This document shows positions 23,602 through 33,302 of a stretch of 64,000 nucleotides of DNA, piece by piece; position 1 is the first letter of the stretch, and every line of letters begins with the position of its first letter. Under the pieces are notes generated by a model, which saw only the letters and a list, made by a program, of their open reading frames with translations, was not told the origin of the DNA and searched no databases. This stretch comes from Macrostomum lignano. Lineage: Eukaryota. Where the stretch lies: contig NIVC01003286.1 of assembly GCA_002269645.1 (NCBI GenBank), forward strand, positions 42,493 through 106,492, in the 5' to 3' direction. Both the position numbers and the translations under genes were made by a program.

Positions 23602-24323
23602 GGGTTCGGCGGTAGTTTTTTAAGATTAGCAGACTTTGATAGTCTTGTTAGTCTGTCAAAGAACTCCTGTGTTGTTTCCGAGTTTAACTGTTCGGCAACC
23701 GCAAGCTCTAAGTAGCTTTTGTGTTCTGTTCCCGAATCTGTGAATCGATCTTTCAGACTTTTTGGTGCAGTTTGAATGGACTCGCGGTGCAGAGAGTTGT
23801 TAAAAATGAATTCTTGGCACTCAGGTGCGAGCATTGACAATAGGACAGCTGGTTGCTGAGGTGTTGGGACATGATGAGCTTCAACATAAGTCAGAAACTG
23901 TGTCTCCCATAGTTCGAAATTCATTTGGGGTTGAAAGGGTGGTGGTGGTCGTAGCTTTGGGCTCGAGTTTGAAAGTTTCTCAGCTGCTGCGGAAGCCTCT
24001 CTGTCACAAGTTTTCTCTAGGATCATTGTTAGAGTCTGGAGGACCTTACTTAAGTCTGACTGGTCTGCCATACCATGTGGTGGTTTCGCATCCCTACTTG
24101 TGTCTCCAACCTGTGCAGCCTGTTGGCTTGAGGCACCAGCTTCAGGTGGCGTTGATGTGCTACTCTCTGTCTGCAACTGTAAAACCTGCTGGCCCTGGCC
24201 AGCAGCCCCATTGGGCGACAAGGCCTCATCACTTTCTTCGTTAGAAGAGGACATTAGGAGACGAGATATGACAGATATTGATTTGCCAGAGAATGGCGAG
24301 AGGAAAGGCCAGATAATAAACAC
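23571..24323 (-). CDS. gag: Gypsy Gag, N-terminal/capsid portion
   Basis: LRPPPPF....NFELWETQFLTY...AVLLSML..ECQEFI...LKDRF...LAVAEQLNSETTQEFFDRLTRL is a typical retrotransposon gag. It continues in the -1 frame into the next ORF at the A6 run near 23617-23622. Confidence 0.85.
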   Translation of the reverse strand: MFIIWPFLSPFSGKSISVISRLLMSSSNEESDEALSPNGAAGQGQQVLQLQTESSTSTPPEAGASSQQAAQVGDTSRDAKPPHGMADQSDLSKVLQTLTMILEKTCDREASAAAEKLSNSSPKLRPPPPFQPQMNFELWETQFLTYVEAHHVPTPQQPAVLLSMLAPECQEFIFNNSLHRESIQTAPKSLKDRFTDSGTEHKSYLELAVAEQLNSETTQEFFDRLTRLSKSANLKKLPPNPWCELGFAMV

Positions 24324-25878
24324 ACGAGAGAAGTCTGGCAGAGTTAAAGAGCCTCACTACAATTCCTAGAAAAATTAGACTAACCCAGAAAATATTATAC
24401 TGGCTCTGCCAGACAGGCCCTATGTTCCTATGTAAAGTTGAATACTAAGAAAACTCCCTCACCTAGCTGGTCTCTGCCACTGCCACGTGATTCGGTGTAG
24501 TCCTAGGTTGCCGCCGGCGTTGGCTTGGCCTCCCGGCTTAAGCTCAAGTTGTTGTTGGTCAGTTGGTCTCTTGGCGCTTGTACTTGTAGTGCAGTCTCGA
24601 TTGGCTGACTCTGACTGGCGTTGATTCTGACTGGGGTATCGTTGCACGCAACCCCAAGGGACGAAAACTTGCAGGCAGTCGGGCAGGTAGCTTCTGGTTG
24701 GCCAGCTAAGGGGTGTCTCGCGGTCACGTGATGGCGGGGGTTTGTCTCGCTCTCGTTGTTGGATGCAGGAACACTTGCCACTTGGTTTTAGAGTACCTGT
24801 GCACTGCTGCAGATACTTGATGGCATATAGCCGTATGCGAGCTGAATCCGAGCTGATGCGAGTTCGACGAATTCGGTGGGACCCTCCAAATTTATGTGAC
24901 GAGTTTATTTAGTTCGAGAACATGGGACTGATGCGCGTGCGCGTGCTGAGTCTGAGTGTTGATCTTGTCCTAGGCCAATATACGTATTATTAATTTAACA
25001 ACTTAATTGCTAGTCTGAATAATGGCGAGTAGGTCAGAAGCAGTATGGCAATGCCAACTGTTTACCAAAGGTAATCTGAGACGATAATATAATGCTAATG
25101 CCACCAAGCCTACGGGTACTAAGACAAACACACAGAGCGCAGGCCTATCAAGAACTGCAAAAACTATCAAGAAGCAAAATTTGAATAACCGCACTAATTG
25201 AAAATAAAAAAACAAAATTAAACCAAATGGGGAAGTAACTAAAAAAGTTACAAACATTAGACCAAAATAGATATAGTTTTAAATATTAATTGCAAACACC
25301 ATAAATACGAAATTGAACATTTTCAATACAGAAGCGACGACGTTACACATGTAAAATAAAAAGCTGTTTGTTTGCTTATAATATTTAATTTGCAAAATCC
25401 TATTAGCTTTTTAGAATTTCTAGTTTTTCTCGGTAAATAGCTACGCCTACAGTCACAAGGTACTAACTAAATAATACTATATTTCAAAACTGTAGCTGAT
25501 CCTTAAATGAGTTTTTCAGTTACATCAGAGTCAGATCTTGATCATAGGTCTACCTCGGCATCAGGTAACTTGTTTGACATGTTTATGATTGGCTTATATA
25601 TCATTGTACTTTTATAGTGACTACTGACTAAACGATTATAGCATAGATAGAAGATATGACTACTTTATAATTGGCCTGCTGGCAATTGTTAATGACTAGC
25701 CTAGCCAGAGATAGAAAATAAAGTGAATTATGATTAGGCCTATTCAATGATGTTCTAATCTATTGATTTTAAATGTAAGCTTAAATTCCTATCCAGCATA
25801 TTGTCAATTTCTATAGTATAGGCCCTAATTTTATTTGTTGTAATATTCCTATCGTTGTATTAAACTGACATTAAAATG

Positions 25879-27866
25879 TATGAGGGTTGTTCGGAAAGTT
25901 CATGGACAAACATGAACTATTGTTAAACAAGCAACAAAACTGAAAACCTTAGTCATCGACCTTCTCAATGTATGTGCCCTTGAGGCACACACACTTGTGC
26001 CAATGCTCTGGTAGCTTTTTAATCTTTGTAGCAAAGAATTCTTTAGGGGTATTTCTGACCCACTGGCTGACAGCAGAGGCTAGGGCCTGTACATTGCCAT
26101 AATGGTGACCCCGGAGTGACTCCTTCATCTGCCCAAACAGCCAGTAGTTGCTCGGTGCTAGGTCTGGTGAGTAGGGTGGGTGCAGTAGCAGCTTGAAGCC
26201 CAGGCTAGAGATGGAAGCCATTGTTGCTTGGCTAGTATAGGGCCTGGCGTTGTCCTGCTGCAGCAGGATCCCCCTGGTCAGCTTGCCCTGGCACTTAGTC
26301 TTGATGGCTTAGTGCAACTTCTCTAGCATTTAGATGTAATAAGCATTGGTAATGGTAGTGCCACATGGAAGCCAGTCAATAAGCAGGATGCTTTCCTTGT
26401 CCTAGAAGATGGTGGTCATCTGCTTTCCAGCCAATGGTGCAGCCAGGGCCTTCACTGGGGTGGGTTCTCTAGCTGCCTTCTAGACACTGCTTTGCATCTT
26501 CAACTCTGGCTCACTGTAGTGAATCCACAAGTAGAGGTTGGATGGGATTGAAATCTTCGGGTGGGATCGGGATCGGGAATAATTTTTTTCTCGGGATTGG
26601 GATTCGGGAATCAGGATCAGGTCTTTTAGTGTATTGGCCATGTAAAGTTAAACAAAATTGAGAAAAGATTGTCAAGATCAAGAAGTAAAACACAACAAAA
26701 TTGATATAAAGTTTTGTAACCAACAAAGTAAATAATGTAACAAGTTCAAGTTAAAGCAAAATACCTTCAAGTAATTACTAATTCTATAAATTTTTAATTG
26801 AAAGACTTGTTCCCGAATCTCAAGTTTTTTAGGGTCAGGATTCTGGTCCTGCAGGAATTCAATTTTCTCGGGATTGGGATTCGGGAATCAGGATCAGGTC
26901 TTTTAGTGTATTGTCCATGTAAAGTTAAACAAAATTGAGAAAAGATTGTCAAGATCAAGAAGTAAAACACAACAAAATTGATATAAAGTTTTGTAACCAA
27001 CAAAGTAAATAATGTAACAAGTTCAAGTTAAAGCAAAATACCTTCAAGTAATTACTAATTCTATAAATTTTTAATTGAAAGACTTGTTCCCGAATCTCAA
27101 GTTTTTTAGGGTCAGGATTCTGGTCCTGCAGGAATTCAATTTTCCTCGGGATCCCGAGATTTTGGGATTGGGATCGGGATCCCGTCCAACCTCTATCCAC
27201 GAGTCATCCCCAGTCACAATTTGATCCAAAAAGTTTGGGTCATTGTAGTAGGCCTGCAGGAGCTGCTGACATGCACAGACCCGCCCGTGCTACTGATTAT
27301 CTATTAGAAGCTTTGGGACCCAATGAGCAACAACTCATGACATCCCAAGCTTGGCCGTGAGAATTTCGTGAACTGCTGTGGGTGATATACCCACAGTCTG
27401 CCAGTTCACGCACAGTGATCCGGCGGTCAACATCAAGTGCCTGACGCATGTGCTTAATGTTGAACATGTTGACCGTGGTAGCTGGCCTTCCATTGCATGG
27501 CAGATCTTCGACTGTCTCCTAGCCGTCCTCAAATCGCTGCACCCACTTGCTGACTATTGACTTCAAAGGGGCATCTTCACCATATGCTGCATGCAACTTG
27601 CAAACAAAGTTGGCCTGTTGCTTCCCTTCCTTCCATAAAAACCAAATTATGCTTCGCTTGGCTTCTTTGTTTTTTTCCATAGTGCCAAAAATAGTGGGTA
27701 ACTTAAAATGACTGACTGTACAAAATAACATAAGCATATTTGATCACATTACCATTAAAAGTTGTGGGACATAAGTGCTGTCTATGGTCTAAAGTATGGT
27801 GACTTAACTGTCTTTGTTTGAAAAAAATATAAGTTTGTCTACAAACTTTCCAAAAAACCCTTGTAT
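25879..27866 (-). mobile_element. Degenerate mariner (Tc1/mariner) element with pseudogenised transposase
   Basis: Imperfect TIRs TATGAGGGTTGTTCGGAAAGTTCATGGACAAA and (rc) TACAAGGGTTTTTTGGAAAGTTTGTAGACAAA. Transposase fragments RSIIWFLWKEGK..KWVQRF, IVTGDDSWIHY, LLQQDNARP and HPPYSPDLAPSNY contain stops and frameshifts. Confidence 0.9.
26532..27195. mobile_element. Non-autonomous hAT-type element nested in the mariner, with an internal ~283-bp tandem duplication
   Basis: TIR TAGAGGTTGGA(T/C)GGGAT and 8-bp TSD TCCACAAG/TCCACGAG. 26582-26865 is repeated at 26866-27148. Confidence 0.85.
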
Positions 27867-30124
27867 ATAGTAAGTAGGAGTGTTATGGCTACTCAATGGA
27901 TGACAAGCAGAATGGGGTGGCTGACCAAGGGGTGAAAGGTAATTCAGTCATCATGTGGAATCATGCTATTTGCTTAGTTTGTTAAATACCAGTATATTAC
28001 ATTAGGTATATTTATTTTAAAGTTTACCATTGGTTTATTATTGGTAAAGACCAATCAAATCAGCCTGGGTTTTTCAAGGTTGGAAATCCAGTTGCCAGCT
28101 GGCCCTTGGGGCTCAAAATCTAGTTCCCAACTACACTCTAGATCATGTAGTATATGCTTGAAAATTCAGGCATGTATTGGCCTTGCATGCCAAAAGTAGA
28201 TATGCATAGTTGGTATGCATCACTCCTAAGAAATAGTGTATGTGCATACCTAGTGTGCACTTTAAAGAATCATGCAAAGAGTTATTGTGATGTAGAAAAA
28301 ATTAAAAAAGTTTATTTTTATGCATTTATTTCAAGCTTTCTTTTTTTAAACTTGTAATTTAAAGAATTTAAACAAATTTTTGCATGTATCAATTTTCCAT
28401 TAGTAATAGCATTATCAAAAAAGCAGAAAAACTAACCAAATTATTTGTCAAAAAGGGTCCATTATGTAATTAAAGAAGGTCATTTATTGTCACAATGTAA
28501 AAAAGGTCATTTATTATTGCAACATTGGCATTATATTGAGAATTGATATGTACTCAATTTTTTTCAGCATGCATTTATAATTATTTGATTTTTGTTCGGG
28601 TGTACACCTAGCATGATCCTGATTATGGGTTGCCAATGGCTATTTTTGGTTGCCCATTGGCAATTAGCCACATTCCCAAATATGAATATTTTTAAGATTA
28701 GGTTTAAAAAGCAAAAATTTGTTCTCTCAACTGTAAGATTGCTAGGCCTATCTATGCTGCAAATAATACCAAACTAACAATTCTATCATATTGATTCAAA
28801 TAGCACTTTTATTACATTTACAAAATCATTTTTTAAATTTGGCAACTAGCATAAAGAAATGAAGTTGCTAGATTGGCCTTTAATGTTGAAAATCTAGTTG
28901 CCAATGCAATTTTCAAGGGGCCAAAAAAACCTATATAGCCCAAAAACCTTGCAATCAGCCAAAGTTTTTTTGCATATAACATTGTTATTAGCTAGTATTT
29001 TATCAGGCTTATCTTGTATTAAAATTTTATTAATTAAATAAATAAGATATAAAGATGATAGTTTTAAATACCAAACACTTCAATGCTATATTTATCAGTT
29101 AGATATTAGATACTTATTAAAGTGCAACATAGTTTATTATCACTAGCTACTTTGCCATACTCCAGAAAGCATAGATCATGCCATCATGCCAGAACATTCT
29201 GGTGTGCATTTGGTTTGGCCTAAAATTGTGGTGTCCATTGGTATATATTTGGGTATTGAATGCCAAAAGTAGCATATTGGCATGCTATGGCATAGAATAT
29301 CATATGGCATATGTCATATAGCATAGAATAGCTGGCATAGAATATGGCGTGGCATGATTATAATAGTAGGGCATATCTTGTTGAGACAAAAAAATTGTGA
29401 AAAGACATGGTATTGTTAAAAAAGAATTCTTTTTTCTTAGTTTTATTGCAAAATGGCAAGTAAATTTTAATGTGCCAAAAAAGAAATGTAGTATATTCAC
29501 ATTTTATAATTGTTTTTTTAAAGTTAAAGGTGTTTTTGTAGTGCATTTTTAAACATAAAAAGGACATTTTTAAACATAAACTTTTTGTGGTTGCAACCAC
29601 AAAAAGTCATTTATTATTGCAATTGCTAAAAGTAAGTTGGTGTTGATATGCATTTGCTTGGCACTAGTGTGCATTTACATGGTACTGACATACATTGATT
29701 CAGAGCATTCTAGCAGACACTCAACATGATCATGACATGACTATGGCTACTTTGCAATATCAAATCACTTTGGCTACACTAGTTTAGTGCCTAATTGAAT
29801 CCTTAATATTGCTCTTGTGTTAAATTTACTTGGATGCAATTTTTTAGTGGAATTAATATAGATTTACAATTATTTAATAGTAGTATAATATATTGAATAG
29901 TATGCAGTGTAACAATGTTTTATTATATATTACAATTTCTAAAAGGCTAAATACAATTAGCAGTCATTCTACTAAGGATTAGGGTCTAGGATAGACAAGT
30001 CCTAAGAGCAAATAGGAAGAGAACTTTAAAACAATTTAAATAAATGGTTGCAATTCCTATTGGAATAAGTTAACAAATCGTGGATGGCCATCTGTCACAT
30101 TTTCAACATTTTCTATTGTTGCAT

Positions 30125-30305
30125 TGCAGTCATACATGGGCAACTTTGGGAATCACCTGGCCGTTTCTATTGGCAACACATACATGTAAGTCGCTATTGG
30201 CTGAGAGCAGTCACGTGACTACTATTCCGTCCCGCTACTTACATATGCATGTTGCCAATAGAAACGGCTGAGTGAATCCCAAGGTTGCGCCCAAGCATGA
30301 TTGCA
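30125..30305. mobile_element. Foldback/MITE-like long inverted repeat
   Basis: Arms of ~68 bp (30125-30191 vs 30237-30305, sharing GCCGTTTCTATTGGCAACA) around a spacer containing the palindrome AGTCACGTGACT. Confidence 0.7.
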
Positions 30306-30731
30306 GTGGAAGGGTGGTTGTGGTTGATGGGTGGTGGAGCTAGAAGTGTGGCGCCTGTGCAACACCACAGGAGTAACATACTCATTGTTTAAGACTTTAA
30401 GTATAGAGTTTCAGAATGTTTACTTTATTTTCTGGGTTTTTTATCAGTCATTATTTGTAATTTTCCACCATGCTTCATAATTTTTCAAATCATGATTTTT
30501 TGCATTGTGATGCATTTTTCATGCTTTTGTCGCGTGTGTTGCATATTTAAACTACTTTTTTGCACGTGTTGCACATCTGTGGGTTTTTGAAACTTATTCC
30601 AAATGGGGTTGTAATTGATATAATATTCTAGTTTGGAGTTACATTCAGTAGAGTGTATTATAGTCAAAATGTTCAAAATAAACAAATCACAGATGGTTAA
30701 AAAAAGTTAAAAAAATTTTTTTCTAATTATA

Positions 30732-32305
30732 ATGGCAGACGGATTGCACAACATGGAACAGTCTGAAGCTGTGCAGCAGTGGCGAGCCCAGTTCGAGGCC
30801 AAGATAAGCGAGAAAAACGCCTCCGAGGTGGCGGCCTTGGATCAGTGGCGTCGGGCCGCCACTCAAGAGTTCTCCGCTTGGCTGCGCAACCACGAAGACG
30901 AGCTGGCTAGGAATAAGAGGCTTAATCGGGACAGTCAGGAAGCCTATCTTCAAGATAGGGAGCAGGGAGCTCATGGTTGGTGCTGTTTTGAGCAGTTGCT
31001 GTCTTGCTCTCATGGGCAAGAGGGTGGGATTCAGTCTGTGTGTGTTTAGGGGATGGGATTCAGCCTGTGTGTGTTTAGGGGATAGGATTCAGCCTGTGTG
31101 TGTTTAGGGGATGGGATTCAGCCTGTCTGTGTGTGTTTAGGGGATGGGATTCAGTCTGTGTGTGTTTAGGGGATGGGATTCAGTCTGTGTGTGTTTAGAG
31201 GATGGGATTCAGTCTGTGTGTGTTTAGGGGATGGGATTCAGTCTGTGTGTGTTTAGGGGATGGGATTCAGTCTGTGTGTGTTTAGGGGATGGAATTCAGT
31301 CTGTGTGTGTTTAGGGGATGGGATTCAGTCTGTGTGTGTTTAGGGGATGGGATTCAGTCTGTGTGTGTTTAGGGGGTGGGATTCAGTCTGTGTGTGTTTA
31401 GGGGATGGGATTCAGTCTGTGTGTGTTTAGGGGATGGGATTCAGTCTGTGTGTGTTTAGGGATGGGATTCAGTCTGTGTGTGTGTTTAGGGGATGGGATT
31501 CAGTCTGTGTGTGTGTTTAGGGGATGGGATTCAGTCTGTGTGTGTTTAGGGGGTGGGATTCAGCCTGTGTGTGTGTGTGTTTAGGGGTGGGATTCAATCT
31601 GTGTGTGTGTTTAGGGGATGGGATTCAGTCTGTGTGTGTGTTTAGGGGATGGGATTCAGTCTGTGTGTGTTTAGGGGATGGGATTCAGTCTGTGTGTGTG
31701 TTTAGGGGATGGGATTCAGTCTGTGTGTGTGTTTAGGGGTGGGATTCAGTCTGTGTGTGTTTAGGGGATGAGATTCAGTCTGTGTGTGTTTAGGGGATGG
31801 GATTCAGTCTGTGTGTGTTTAGGGGATGGGATTCAGTCTGTGTGTGTTTAGGGGATGGGATTCAGCCTGTGTGTGTGTGTTTAGGGGATGGGATTCAGCC
31901 TGTGTGTGTGTTTAGGGGATGGGATTCAGCCTGTGTGTGTTTAGGGGATGCGATTCAGTCTGTGTGTTTAGGGGATGGGATTCAGCCTGTGTGTGTGTGT
32001 GTGTTTAGGGGATGGGATTCAGCCTGTGTGTGTGTGTGTGTGTGTGTTTAGGGAATGGGATTCAGCCTGTGTGTGTTTAGGGGATGGGATTCAGCCTGTG
32101 TGTGTGTTCAGAGAATGGGATTCATTTTATTTTTAACACCAGACTGCATTTTCCCCAACGCCGCACCAACACAGGTGGAGAGTGGCACCGCGTGGCCATT
32201 CTGTGCGACCTCGCCGCTAACTCTGGTGCCGCCGCCAGGCCGTCGCTGCCGGCAAAAGACGTGAGCAGGATGCGCGGAATTCTCGGCCGGTTGGGTGCCG
32301 AGTAG
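30732..32305 (+). CDS. Clc: Clathrin light chain-like protein; exons 30732-30975, 32175-32305 (N-terminus possibly incomplete)
   Basis: EAVQQWRAQF..(heptad helix)..EFSAWLRNHEDELARNKRLNR..QEAYL, then a phase-1 intron, then GGEWHRVAILCDL...AKDVSRMRGIL. These match the CLC motifs 'ESIRKWRE', 'EWERVA.LCDF' and 'KDVSRMRSVL'. Confidence 0.85.
31020..32120. repeat. ~28-32-bp minisatellite (TTAGGGGATGGGATTCAGTCTGTGTGTGT)n filling the CLC intron
   Basis: Direct observation. Confidence 0.95.
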
Positions 32306-33302
32306 AAAGGCACGTCGTTGGTTGAATTTAATTTTATCAACTCATAATTCATTTGAGCTATAATTTGTTATAATCAGCTGCTCCGTGATAAATACGTTTG
32401 TGCTTATTGATTTTAAAGCTCTGTTTAATACAGCTCGTAGTTACAAGTATTAAAATTTTCTGTTAGAATATAGCACACACACACACAGACACACACATCT
32501 CAAGAAAAGCACATCAGTACTCGTAATTAAATGTACATGCAGGTTGTCGCTTTCTTCGTTGTCACAGCAACGGAATAGTTCTACACTATTTTGTAGTTAG
32601 CGTTACTCAATATTAGCATTTCGTTCTTTAAATCTGTTGTGATCAGCTTTTATATTAATTTACGCTTTTATCGGCATAATAATACCAAGTACTTGTACTT
32701 GTACAATTCATTCATTGCTATTATTTGTTATCTGTTCGAGAATCTGCAATTGTAGCTTTCATGTAATTTACAGCTTTTGTTTCTGAATTAGTACAATACA
32801 TATAAAAATAAATTTACATTACTTGTTTACAATAGAAAAAGTTAGTATTTAATTACATATAATAATATATATAATTTTATATTGATTTTTTGTTCTGTCA
32901 TGCGTGTTTTAATTTTCCAAAGTAAATTAATCAATCATAAGTAAATTAATTTTAATTATGTATATACTTGAAGTATACGTTACAGATAGAGACGATAATT
33001 GTTTCTTAAGTGCTGCGAGACAATTGTAATCGGCGTATACCATTCAATTGGCTTTCAGAATAGGCAGCAGAACCCTCTGCTATTTCAAGACCAGCGTTCG
33101 TAAGATAAGTTCGTAAGACCAGAGTATACTATGCTCCTCGTCTAAGAAATTCTTTACTGGCCGTCGTTTACATGTAAATAGGCATTTGTGCTTGTGTAAC
33201 TGTTACGAACATGGGCTAATAAAGTCGACTTGCGCACTAGTGATTCGACAAGTACATATTCCTACTCCAGTACCCATGGTTACGAGCAAATATTATAGGG
33301 AC

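Larger units (their letters stand above)
16505..25347 (-). mobile_element. Full-length Ty3/Gypsy LTR retrotransposon, 8843 bp
   Basis: 453-bp TG...CA LTRs at 16505-16957 and 24895-25347 (one substitution seen) and a 4-bp TSD CATG. The PBS at 24873-24888 resembles the tRNA-Gln 3' end; the PPT GGAAAGGGGCGGA is at ~16958-16970. Domain order is Gag-PR-RT-RH-INT. Confidence 0.97.

Noticed and set aside
31020-32120. TTAGGG in every unit, suggesting an interstitial telomere (also CTAGGG at 43795-44670)
   Set aside because: Single hexamers embedded in 30-bp units, not tandem (TTAGGG)n.
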